From NCBI RefSeq assembly GCF_003704095.1, contig NW_020846761.1, positions 1-64,000 on the forward strand: a DNA stretch of 64,000 nt, read 5' to 3'. Each line of letters begins with the position of its first letter. Position 1 is the first letter of the stretch. The notes under the pieces were generated by a model. The model saw nothing but the letters and a program-made list of their open reading frames with translations. It had not been told where the DNA came from and made no database searches. The stretch comes from Pocillopora damicornis. Taxonomy: Eukaryota. Positions 1 through 11,957 of this stretch are shown here, in pieces. Both the position numbers and the translations under genes were made by a program.

Positions 1-300
1 GTTTGACAGGCAGAAATATGCGTGTTACAGGTTATTCTATTTGTTTATGTAGAATTCTATCTGCAATCACACACATCCAATTCATAGTCTCCCATACATA
101 AATATACAAAATAAGGTACTTCTCAAGCGCTTTTTTTCAATCTAAGTTGAGAAGACCAGGAACATGATATTTTGACGACAGCACTTTTCTATGTGCACAC
201 AGGCACAAGCAGATTAATATAAATCTTTTTTTCGGGGAAATTGTATCGCTAAGTGAGGGTATTGCTTTGAAAACATTAAGTATTCGTTTTCGACGCCAAC

Positions 301-683
301 GCTCGCGAAAATCCGACAGTCGCAAAGAAAAGGTAATTTGTAAACTCATTTGTTACTTCAACGTGGTGATAGCCCTCAAACAGGAAAAAAGAATTACCTC
401 TTATGCAATTCTCTAAACTTTTACCATTCTCCTGTGTAGAGTAAAAGGTTTGCAACCTTGGACAGTTGATTTCCAAAGGTCTGTTTAAATGCTCGCGAAA
501 ATCTGACAGTCGCAAAGAAAAGGCAATTAGTAAACTCATTTATTACTCCAACTTGGTGATAACCCTCAAACAGGGAAACAGCTTTATTTCTTACGCAATT
601 CTCTAAAAAACTTTTACCGTTCTCTTGAGCAGAGTAAAAGGTTTACAACCTTAGACATTTGATTTCCAAAGGTCTGCTTAAAT
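301..683. repeat. ~190-bp direct tandem duplication
   Basis: gctcgcgaaaatc(c/t)gacagtcgcaaagaaaagg ... gatttccaaaggtctg(t/c)ttaaat occurs at 301-490 and again at 491-683. Confidence 0.85.
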
Positions 684-3455
684 GAAAAGCGCACAGATAT
701 CCACGCATGTTAAGCGCGGTTGACGTATTTCTGAAACTGACTGAAATTTTTGGTTTGGTCTCCGAACGTAAAGTTATGTTACAAATTCGTCACTAGCGAA
801 GAACATGAACAAATTATTAGTTTCCCACGAAGATTCAAATCTCTCTTCCTATTTTGTAGAGAATTTGTGGAGAAATTCGATCCCTATATAAAGTTTATAA
901 TTTTCTTCATCCAAGCTAGTGTCAAAATGTGAAATATTCCTTTTTGACGTACGAGCCTAAAAATTTACCGTCTCTCTTGACGTATTTACACATATGCCGC
1001 ACGCTTATGTCCAAAATGCAAATTAAAAAAAAAAAGACCCCTTTAAACCATTATGATAAAATTTACCGGTGGATCAAAGTTTATTAATTTTTTTATCTAT
1101 TAATATTTTTTTTTACAAAACAGTGTCACTTTTAAATTTTATTAAGCTGGCAAGATCTTGATATCTTCTTCTATAAACAGCCACAATATTGCTCTTAAAA
1201 TTGCATACATGTTATTAATTTAACTAACCCTTGTTGCGAAATCTCCCTAGCTTTGTAGAACACGACGTTTAATGCATGAACGTCCATTGTTGCACTCATA
1301 GTCCATTTGACCGAGTTACAGGCACGCGCTAAAGTAAAGCAAGTGCAGGTGAGTAAAATAGAATGATGTTCCAAAACAGAAACTAGAAAAATATATACAT
1401 CTTTCACAATAGCGTTCTTCTTGCTCGAAAATATACTCATAAATTGTTTCAAGAGCATGCATCTGTGTCGCACAGCGAATGGTTTTCCGAGGACTGAACT
1501 CAAATAAAAACTGTAAACTTCGCGATTTGAACGACATCTAATTTCCAGGGGAAAAGATAACAATCTACCACCTTGAAGCGACAAATAAACAAAGTGTTAA
1601 GTCATAGGGGACGTGATGTTGTCATCATTTTGAAGAATCCAAACCCTTCTTCGTGGTCTTCAACTTTTTAGGAAACGAAAACATCCTCAAAATTTATGTT
1701 ATATGAATATTTTTGCCTTCAGTTTCTTAATTACTATAAGGACGTAAATAATGTTCAAAAATTTTTTAAGAAATTGAGTATCCATCGACTTTTTAATTAA
1801 TTAATCCAGATGAAGCCTGCTTGCTTACACGAAAAAACTGCTATATTATTAAAGAATTGGTCCACGCTTTTGACTGTGCGTATATTGAGTTATGGAGCAC
1901 TTGAGAAATTTAGAGAGCAATTGAAAAGCCTAAGTTACTTTCAGTAGCCTCAACAGCTCTTACTATTCTTCCATGCTCTCCAGACCTCCTGCACGCATGC
2001 ATGCTTCGACACACGCACGTAGGCGTTGCGTGACATCCCAAAGTACGGCTCTACGAGGGAGACCACGTATTGACCGCACGAAGACGCTCCCTGAGTGAAT
2101 ATTTCAAGATATTCTATTTGACATATATAGGAAACTATACAGATTTAAAATGTTTGTATTTCACTTTGCTCTATGATTGTTCTTGAAAATCGCGTCAATT
2201 TACCAACCAATCAGATACAAAACTTAAAACATTTACACCTCGGTCACTCGCGTTTTCCCGCGCTTCAAGCCCTTTGCTTCTTTTCACTTCGAGTCCTCAT
2301 TGGCTTATGATATGATGCAAACCTTCGCTCTAATTGGTCCCCAGGATAACCCTTTTGACAATAAATTGAAGACTGCTCCAATCGTCTCTCTTTAACCGAA
2401 CTGGATGTGTCGATAGAGTACGTTAAACCACAGATTCTACGTCAATAGGCGAAACATACCCACTCTGACACCAAAAAAAACCAGCATGTAATTTCTCCTC
2501 ACAGTAATACTGCTGAATCATTCACTAAGATTATGAGATTAAAGGAAGTGATCGCCAACATAAGAAGCTTTGATTGGGAAACGAATCCTCCTTGACATTA
2601 CCGAAAGAAGCGTAAAGAGAGGAAAAATATGGATACTGATGTTGGGGTTTAAAGGATTAATTATTGCCGTGTTTAGTGGAGCCAGAATCAGACCAAGACG
2701 TTTTATTGAACGGACAGAAATATATATTTCGTATGATCCCATTTAACACAATTCAGAGCTCCTCACACAAGCCTTTTTTCTCGAGGTAAATTATTCTGAC
2801 GTCGACTGACTTCGAGCAATTATTTATTTTGAAATTGCGTCATACACTTCACTTATTGAGTTCCCTTCTATACTAAGTATTATGATGTAAATCCTTTTTC
2901 GCAATCACTAATACTATTATAATATAGCGAAGTTTGCTTCCACCAAATCTTACGCAACTCTAGAGTGTAGTTTTTTAGACAGGCATTGTAAACGCTGGCT
3001 TATAAACAGCTTTATGTAATGAGCCTTTGAGATATTAAAGAGAACCAGGTAATTGAATTTGCAATTGTTATATATTTATCCCGCTATTTTGAGTGATTTT
3101 TACCTTTTCAAAACGATATGAAAATAAATGCAAATTTTCTTTGTCAACCGTTGATTACGAATTGACGCGGTCAAGCGTTGAATTGACATGGCGTCCTTAA
3201 TTAGGACGAGTTCTCCGGCTAACAATGAAATAAGAAATGTTTTTTTTTCATTTGCGCAAACGTAAAGCCGATAAGCGTTATACACATAAGTTGCTTAACA
3301 TTTTTGTCACCAAGTGAGGTGCACTGTTCTGCACGCAAGCTTAAAATGGTCCGTGAGGGGATGGTGTTATTGAGTTAGCCAGTTGGGAACTTACAACAGC
3401 AAAATAGGACATATACAAATCAACTTAACAACGTTGATTGGTTAAAAAATTTATT

Positions 3456-3746
3456 ATGATACACAGTCAAGATTCTTTTCACGACCTGGAGGAAGTATTG
3501 CGTAGCCTACAAGCCTATTCCGGAGAAAAAGTAACCTCTCTTCACCACGAGGGTACGAGGAAAGAGGATAACTACGGCGACAGGACAATATCACAAGAAA
3601 ATCCAACACAGGAATGCAATGATGAGCTTGAAATTGAGGACATATTAATGGAAATACTGTTACATCAAAAGCTGCACACGTCTAAAGAATACTCTTTCAA
3701 CGGTCAGAGATTCAAAGTGTATATATTGGATGACACAGAACTTTGA
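3456..3746 (+). CDS. Possible single-exon orphan ORF (96 aa, acidic, ends DDTEL)
   Basis: ATG at 3456, open to TGA at 3746; protein-like composition; ATTAAA at about 3928; no family recognised. Confidence 0.35.
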   Translation: MIHSQDSFHDLEEVLRSLQAYSGEKVTSLHHEGTRKEDNYGDRTISQENPTQECNDELEIEDILMEILLHQKLHTSKEYSFNGQRFKVYILDDTEL

Positions 3747-4219
3747 GAATTGGGTGTGATAGCAGTGCGAGCAAGGTGCTCTCTTGGAAGACGAAACTCT
3801 ACATTCAAATCGCCTTCGACTGAAAATGTGAATGGTTACTATGTACACACGGATCCTAGAAGAATTCAAAGTCCTCGAGCAATGCTTGAATAATTTATTT
3901 ATGATGCACTTATGATGAAAAATGGGAATTAAAATGTTCGAAATCTAATAAGCGACTGATTATTTACTTATCATGTTTGATCAAAGCTCTGGCAGACCAT
4001 AGAAATATTACTTAGCCTGCCCAATTATGTCTCACATCAATTGCTTTACCTGTAGGTTTAGTACACCTCTTCAGCCCCAGTGCAATTGCCTCAGCTTGTT
4101 GTGCTAAAGACAGTGACAATTTCCATGCATTTGCGTCATAATATCAATAAGAATAGACTTTTCATAGGTATATCTGCCATTGATTGTCTTTCTTAAAATT
4201 TCTAACACCCACAGATCTG

Positions 4220-4775
4220 CCACTAATGTCCAAAATTACAAATCGGCCACTAGCGTCCAAAATAAAAAAATCGGGCACTCTCGTCCAAAATCGTAAAATC
4301 GTTAACTAGGCTCTACGATCCGGCTCTACAATCAAATCGGCCCCTGACGCCCGATATCACAAATCCGTCAGTAGTGTCCAAATTCACCAATCAGCCACTA
4401 GCGTCTAAAATCGAAAATCATCCACAAGGGTCCTAAAATAAAAGATCGGCCCTAAAAAAATTGGCCACTAGGGTCCAAAATCGCAAGTCCGCCACTACTG
4501 TCCAAAATCACAAATCGGCCACCAGTGTCCAAAATCGCAAATCGGTCTCTGGGGTCCAAAATCAAAAATCCGCCACTAGGGTCCAAAATCGCAAATCGGT
4601 CACTAGAGTCCAAAATAACAAATCAGCTACTACGGTCCAAAATGTAAAATCGGCCATTAGGGGTCACAAACAAAAACAGTTGTCTAAAATCAAAATGCGG
4701 GCACGTGTCCGAAATATTACACTAGTGTCCAAAATAAGAAAAAAAAACCCAACACTTGTGACAAAAATAAGAACC
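4220..4775. repeat. 27-bp minisatellite (consensus approximately ccactagggtccaaaatcgcaaatcgg), roughly 18-20 degenerate copies
   Basis: Visible tandem units; explains the 9-aa periodic ORF 4461..4778. Confidence 0.9.
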
Positions 4776-5571
4776 TAAGTAGATATTTCAACAATGAAAA
4801 GCTCTGGTTTTTCGAAATTAAAATAACACAGGGACGAGATTGAAATTATTTTACGTTTACCGCCCTTTGCAATGTCGCGGCAAGAACGGAAACACAATGC
4901 ACTGGTGGCTATAGGCCAGAAATCGCAAATTGAGAGAACTCCAATGTGTATCGAGTGCTAATTTCGAGCTTATTAGATACTCGGAATAAAACAGTTAGGT
5001 CACCTCGTATTATATAGGAGGCGAGGCCACAAAATCTAGGAACCGTACAATCAGGTTTGGTTTTATTATGCAAAGACTATGTAAAGAAACGATCCTCTTC
5101 ATGGAATTGCAATCTATTCTGTCAAACCAGTATGTCTCGGGCTCGTAAACAAGTTTCATTCTCATCCCTGATCGCTCTATGATTCATTTGAGAATAAGGA
5201 GCATTTTCATCCTCTTGCCAAGTGGCCTTCATGTGTAGTGTCTCATAAATGAGCTGTTTCATGGTCATATTTAAGGGGCCCACTAATATCACAACAGTTT
5301 TTCCATACACGTCACATGAAGACAGAATTTTTCTCTACTCAGATCCTCTCATTTTTTAATATAAATTTTTCTCAAACTAAATGGCGCAACATTGTTTTAC
5401 GCACTGTAAACAAACGGGCCTAAACCCCGCGTAAGTGTCAGCAAATTCAACATGGACAACAGTCTAAGGCTCTAGTACCATGCGAGGGAGATTTTAGGTG
5501 AGTCGGGGAAAGGTTTAGCGGAGTCCTGGCACTACTAACTGATAATGAGGGCCTACTTGCACACTAATGCT

Positions 5572-5614
5572 TTAGAGAATGGAATTCGAGGTGCTCCTAA
5601 GTGAGCTTACCAAG
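5572..5614 (-). CDS. COPS7: COPS7 distal alternative terminal exon (G-LVSSLRSTSNSIL*)
   Basis: Acceptor (tgt)n-ttc-ag at 5616/5615; phase matches the GG|gt donor at 7036; TAA at 5572; minus-strand AATAAA at about 5062-5067. Confidence 0.7.
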
Positions 5615-6506
5615 CTGAAACAACAACAACAACAACAGTGAATTTTCAGTGTGTACCACGTAGGAGAATCTGGAGGAACAAACGAAAAATGTTGGCCAGC
5701 AGTTGATTTGGCCTCATATGGTTTAATGCCCTTTCCATGAGCATAACTTTCCATACATAATTTGAACATTTATCAGCCGTACCCGAGACAACAGACATTT
5801 TCTTCTTGAAGTATAGGTGTACAGTAATTACTAAGGTACTAAATTCTTCCCTACAACTGTAACGTGAATTAAAGCTCCATCTTTTATTTACAATACCACG
5901 CACAGCATTTGAACACCAGCTTTATACTATCCGCAAGAAACTCAGTTATCATATGTTACCCTAGAAACAATTATGGAAGCAGCTTTAAATACTCAGTCAT
6001 GCTTTGTGAGGAACATAGTATTCTAAAAAAGGAAACAACTGACGTGGATGGCCGCAAAATGAATACCTGTCGAGAAATTGGACTTCTTATCCAGGAAGTT
6101 TCCTTGGAGAATGTCGCTACCACGTTTTCTTTGCAACAGCAACTACTTTATCCATGAAGGGTTAACTTACGAGACAAAAATTGCACGTGTACATCAGGAC
6201 TTTCTTAGAGAGTAGAAAATAAAAACCAGATCAAATGCAAACCTTGTATCATAAACCGAGCCCAGACTCAAAGGATTTAGAATTTGGAAAAATCATACGA
6301 CACATTTCGGAAATCTTCGTCATGCTTCGGAATTTCTCGTTTACGATCGATGTCCTTCTTTCCTTACGTGCGAGGTATAACCACCAGTATTGCCCACAGC
6401 GACCAGTGGAGGATTGTAAACGGTAACCAAGCAGGTTTGAACTGAGATAATACAAAAATGCGAATAAGCTAAGTCCATCCTGGTGGCAGTATTGTGTCAT
6501 TTTCAG

Positions 6507-7470
6507 TCATCTGCGAACTTGAGTACCGAATACCTTTCCGCTTCCTCGTAATCTGTAACAGAAAAAAAAGTGGGTGGAAAAACCGAAAGTGCCAATGGTT
6601 CATGTTCGAGTATCAAGTAAAGCAACAATTCTCACAAGTGAGCAGCAACTTAAGCAACTGCAGAAAAGCCTGAAAAAAAAAAAACATCAGGCCTCGACGG
6701 GATTGAACCCGCGCCTCCCAGAAGCTCGTTGGGCGCTTTTACCGACTGAGCCATGAAGCCGCACATTTTAGAGGGTTCTTTCTTTCCCGTGAAGGATTCT
6801 GATCGTAATTTCTCACTACATAAATTCCACTTGACCTGCATATGAGAATAAGTAGAGCAATGATCGAGTGGACTTGCTAAGAAGTTCAATGGTCGAGCGA
6901 ACTTTCCATGGGCTAAATATGCGAAGTTTCAAGTTCAAATTTGATCATTTGAGTCAAATCAAGTAGGTATCGAAGTTTGTATTGTAAAAATTCAACGCTT
7001 GGACATCAAGGAGAACCGAAATAAGATAGACCAACCCTTTAGTTTTGGAGGTGGTTGGAGCTTTCTGTTGATATTGCTGACTGTGATAACTTGCTGGCAT
7101 TCCTGATACGCCACCATTATCCATGTCTGACTGTGAAGATGCCTTTATTGCCTTTTTCAGATTTTCGACCTGGAGATAAAAAGCAGTCATGAGAAATTGA
7201 TGTTAAACTTAGTGATGAATAAATGGATGGAAAAACGAATGAAGAAATGAAAGTATGAGAGAAAAATGGAGGAATGAACGAACGAAAGAATGACTGACTG
7301 ATAGCTGAATGAATGAACTAAACGAATGAGACTCATCCACCTATTCTAAAACTTCAGTTTTAGAATAGGTGGATACGATTGAGAATAGGTGTAACGATTC
7401 CGAGTATTAAATCTTCCCTAGGTTCTCGTTGAATGAATCCTATACTAAACGAATTAAGGTGGTAACTTTT

Positions 7471-7503
<33 letters not shown>

Positions 7504-10500
7504 TATAACAAGTAATTTTGTGTTAACAACTGGGTTGAAAACGTAAATTGACCACCGTAAAGAGTTTAAAAGCTGACGTTTCGAGTGTTGGCTCTTCGTC
7601 AGAACGATAGAGCGTTAGCCCTCCGTCACACCTATACTAAACGAGTCTAGCATGCAGGTATGTGGGTGGTGTACCATGTATGGTGGCTAAAGATGGGTTA
7701 AAAGACTGTTCTCTACCTCTGCTTCCACTTGAATCTTCTGCTTTTGTTTTTTTTCTTTGTGTGTATTTGCCCTCTCTATTTGTTTCTCTATGCTACGAAG
7801 AACTGATTCACAGCCGTCACACCTGTAATAAAGAGAAAAAACACTCAGCAAAAGTGGCTTGATTTGGCGTGATTATAGACCAAAAGATTTATTGATTGAA
7901 AATTTAAGAACACGACAATGGTTCCTCTTTTTTACACACCCAATACTGAACCACAAACCCTGCATAGAGACCATACAACAGCAGATTAGCAATGGGCCCA
8001 TTGAATATAACAACCGCAGTACGTTAATTGCAAATGTGATGAGCGTGAATCTCACTTAGTCTCATTTCTTTTTCTTTTCTTCAAATTCAAAACAATAGAA
8101 AGAAAAAAAACGAACAAATTTTAAACAATCAAGCAAAGGAATACTCCTTGCAAATAGAGTACAATTTAAGCGATTGCAGAAAAGAAGGCTGGAAAAGTGC
8201 TGGCTGTGACAGGATTCGAACCCACGCCTCCAAGATATTAGTTGAGCACTACTAACAACTGAGCTATGGAGCCAAATGCGAGAAGCGAGGGAAATTTTAG
8301 AAGGTCATTTTTCACTTTAAGTAATGTGATCACATCATTATTTATTGTTATTATTTTTTTCATGAAATATAGTTCAGTTACTCGTTAAAAGAAAAATTAA
8401 ACTGTAGTTGTAAATCTACGAATATGAGAGCCTAGTTCAGCCATATTTTAATTATTGTAGTGTTGACTGGGGCAACTGTGGCAGTGGTCTCTCCGAAAAG
8501 CTCCAGAAGCTCCAAAGTCGTGCAGCCCGTATTATAACGTGTGCCAATTATGACTCTGATATCGATGAATTGTTCTGGGTACTGGATTGGCGTAAACTTA
8601 GATATCAAAGATTTTAATCAGCTGCTGTTGTGATGTACAAACCTTTACATGGGATGACCCCTGAGTATCCGAGTTCTAGATTTGTGTTTCGAAACGACAA
8701 AACATCATATCGATTAAGGAATACTGAAAATAAATTGGCTCTTCCGCAGCCCCGCACCAATTATTTGAAGAAGAGTTTCTCTTACATCGGAGCCAGGTTG
8801 TGGAACAGTCTATTTAGTGACCTTCGTGCAGCAACATCTTTACATGATTTTAAACTTAACATAAGTCACCACAGTTTTGAATGAGTTTTAACACGGCATC
8901 CTTGTAAAGCTGCTTTTAGTATATAGTTTAGGTTAGTTAGTTTAGTTAGGGATACTTAGTTGATCTTGTATCATTTTGTAATATTTGCTGAAGGATTTAC
9001 CGTGTATAAATAAAGTTACCATTACCGTTACCATCTCTAAGTTAAGAAAAACAAGTAGCCGTGGATAGTTTAAATGTGAGCATGATTCTATAGACTTGCT
9101 TTGATCCATGACAAAACTTACCAATCTTGTAATACTTCTGTGACTCGATTTACTGTTTCTGGAGTGATGTCTCTACCAATGGCAAAATCTACTTCTAGCT
9201 AAAGATTGACATGATGAAAGAAACATAAATTTTGTGGTATTTCTAAAGTATTAGAACTGCCCAAGGGGATCATTAAGACTAGGAACAGTGTCTCCAGGCC
9301 CCTTACCCCATTACACCCTAATATCAGTATGCATATTCTCCAAACTGTTCTCTATACAATTTTTAAAGTGCCGACATGGAGAGTTTGTTAAAAAAATCAA
9401 GAGCTTATTTAGTTCGTGATCATTTCATTTATTCTTGTGACTTCAAAGTTTGATTCAGAGGTGATATTGTAAGGAGAAATTAGATGTCAATCTCAGGACT
9501 CAAAGGGTTCTTAGTGGTTCCCTATTAAAAAAAAACTAATTCATTTGTATTTCAAGTTACAGGTCAGAGCTGTTTTCAAGTTGGGATCAAAATTTGTGTC
9601 CCCTGAATGGAAACATCCTCTGGGGAAAAAAGTGTGCTAAAGGGCAGGTTCCACAAGTGAACACAACACAAGTTCAAAGTCCAACCTGTTTATTTTTCTG
9701 GTCTAGTTTTCCATGGATAATGTCAGCATAAATAGCGTCAATAATTACATCCTGAAAGTTGAAAAATATACCAAATGAGAATTCAGAAGTCACTGGAAAA
9801 TCAGCAGTCTTAATCCCCACAGTATTGACGAGCGCTTTTCATTCAACTAATTTATTCTTGTTTTCTCGTCATCATACTCCCACCAATAGTGTAGCTCCAC
9901 TTTCTGCATATAAACTCACGCACAACCCACAATTCCTCCAATCACTAGATGACAAAGGGCTAACGCTTGAAATTTCAGCTTTTATTCTTTACAGTGGCCA
10001 ATTTACGTTTTTAACTCAGTTGTTAACACTAAATTACCTGCTATACTCTCCCGCCTATGCAGCACCAAAGTTTCTTTAGAAACTTACCCCCTTTAATCAG
10101 AGCAAAATTGAGCTAAGTAGTTGTTTATATAAAAAAATTTAAAAGAAGGACTCTTTAGTAGCATTCGCATGTGTATGTACCTCTAGTTCTCTTAAATTCT
10201 TGATATCCAGTTCTTGCAATAACAAGCTGTATGGTATGAACTACAAAATCAAATTTGAAAAAAGAAAATTTTACAAGGCAAATAGTATCACACCTCTAAA
10301 CAGTTATGGTTTAAATTTATTCACTGTCTTAAATGTCAAAAGAAATGAATGGTCGACTGATAAGATACAAGTTGTTTGAAATGTCCCTTCAGTTTTATAG
10401 AGGAATTTCACAATTTAGATCTGGCACTCTTCATAAAATTAAATATTGTTATGCAGATATATCTCAACAATATGTCGGTCATAATTTGCATACTAGACAA

Positions 10501-11957
10501 ATTTATAATTTTTTCATGATGTGCAGACTAGATCAACAACCATACAAATTACATTATACAGTCAAACCTGGATTAAGCAGTTACCCACAAGGAATGGCAG
10601 GTCCACAACTTAATACAGGTTTCTCCAGAATAGGGGTCAAACGTAATAAAGAATGCCATTTTGTCCTAACAGTCCTAAGGAGAAAGATAATCTACGGTGC
10701 ATTGAGGACATTTGCACTACAAATGCTAACACTGAATTTGGGAGGTAAACGTGGAATAAATTTGACATGAGAAATTATTCTTTGTTATATTTGAGTGGTT
10801 TTACACGCAAGTTATTGTTCAATTCAGGTGGAAGGCAATACAAACAGGGGGCAACCACAACTCCTTAATGGAGGTGGAATATAAAGCAGTGAAGGAGAAA
10901 AATTTGGGGACTTTTACAACCGACCGCTTAGTGTGGGGTGATCACTTGATACGGTGCCACTTAATACAGGTTTAATTGTATGTACCTTTGATTTAGCTGC
11001 TAAGGACACTATGGTTAGATGTTGTAACTTCCTTAACTGTGTCGCAGTTAAAGCTGGTAACAAACTGGCTTTTTCTGAAATGGAACAGTGAATACACACC
11101 CTTAACAAAAAATAAAGAAAACAATTTCTAATCACTAAGGAATTTACATGAAAATCACTGTAAGATTTCAGTGCACTACTCCTTAAAAGAAAAGATAACA
11201 ATCCTCAATGATTTTTTTATTAATCACTTCTTTTCAGCTCAAAGACACAGCCTTTTAGTTAGCCACAGCACATGAACTATGTTTACAACAAAGGGGCGGC
11301 AGTTGTTCACAACACCTCATGGGAAGGACTAGGAAACCTTTCAATCCACATGTACTGTTAGCATTTCACAAATCAACTGAAGCCTGGTAAATGTTAACAT
11401 TTAGCAAGAAATCTTGATCTTACCTTTATAGTCACTATAAGTTCCAAATGCAAATATGTTCAAGAGAGTCCAGTATGATGAATTTTCAGAGTTTTCTAGC
11501 TGCAATTGAAATCAAGGATGAAAAGAGAGGGTCCAATCTTGTTTCCCATTTCCAAAACTGGGAGTTTAAAGGAATCCAAAACAAACTTTTTGGAAGAGAA
11601 AATTAAATGCAAAGCATCCAATTACACAAAGAGAAAATATTTTGACTTCAGTTGCAATGCTTTCCATACTACTACCTCCAGAGACAAGCAGTGTAGTCGG
11701 AAGTTTTGTGTCTGATCTAGTTATGTTGCAATTATCATTAATAGCACCTTAATAACTGAAGACAAATATGACATAACAGTACATACCGCTTTGACAGAAG
11801 GCATCTCTATGAGTTCCCCAAAAACATACACACCAGGGGCCTCTAATGTCTGATTTATAAGGGCTACTAATCCGGCTCCTCTGGCTGACTTGGCCAGCAA
11901 AACATACTGTTCTAAGTTGTGGCTGTGGCTGAATGTTTTGACTTCTTTTTCAGCCAT
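6507..11957 (-). CDS. COPS7: COP9 signalosome subunit 7 (PCI domain)
   Basis: Coding exons 11957-11787, 11499-11424, 11074-10986, 10240-10181, 9751-9686, 9198-9122, 7822-7717, 7169-7036, 6552-6507, all GT-AG and in phase. Motifs [77 protein letters not shown]. Probable non-coding first exon ends at the donor near 14937. Confidence 0.96.
6600..6865 (-). mobile_element. tRNA-derived SINE
   Basis: Minus-strand A box (tggctcagtcgg) and B box (ggttcaatccc) at 6687-6760, with non-tRNA flanks. Confidence 0.7.
7335..7374. repeat. Perfect 19-bp inverted repeat next to an imperfect (GAAT)n tract
   Basis: atccacctattctaaaact-tc-agttttagaataggtggat. Confidence 0.85.
7439..7644 (-). mobile_element. Penelope-like element terminal fragment carrying a minimal hammerhead motif
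   Basis: Bounded by the direct repeat cctatactaaacga (7439 and 7631); related copies at about 9940-10090 and 47690-47790. Confidence 0.6.
7572..7605 (-). ncRNA. Minimal hammerhead ribozyme motif
   Basis: Minus strand reads gtt-CTGACGA-a-gag-ccaaca-ctc-GAAAC-GTC-agc. Confidence 0.55.
8150..8310 (-). mobile_element. tRNA-derived SINE remnant
   Basis: Minus strand tagctcagttgttag ... gggttcgaatcctg. Confidence 0.6.
8455..9035 (+). mobile_element. 5'-truncated LINE (CR1/L2 group) 3' end, degraded ORF2 C-terminus
   Basis: [24 protein letters not shown]...(stop)...[35 protein letters not shown], followed by AATAAA and a (ttacca)-like tail. Confidence 0.85.
9302..9510. mobile_element. Degenerate copy of the TTAACCC...GGGTTAA MITE family
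   Basis: Shares the core gtgatattgtaaggagaaattagatg with the 19588 and 47478 copies. Confidence 0.65.
10559..10978. mobile_element. Tc1/mariner-pogo-type MITE
   Basis: TA|cagtcaaacctggattaag ... cttaatacaggtttaattg|TA: terminal inverted repeats with TA duplication. Confidence 0.7.

Noticed and set aside
4220-4775. CRISPR-like array
   Set aside because: Contiguous degenerate tandem units without unique spacers; eukaryotic context with no cas genes
4461-4778. 105-aa repetitive ORF as a gene
   Set aside because: Non-ATG start; a by-product of the 27-bp minisatellite
5170-5300. U2 snRNA-like sequence (atcgct...gtgtagt)
   Set aside because: Only scattered short matches; no U2 stem-loops or Sm site
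6687-6760. tRNA gene
   Set aside because: A and B boxes are present but there is no proper cloverleaf, and the flanks are SINE-like; the same applies at about 8200-8270, 13495-13565 and 49450-49520
8630-8884. 84-aa ORF as a host gene
   Set aside because: C-terminal remnant of LINE ORF2 with an upstream in-frame stop
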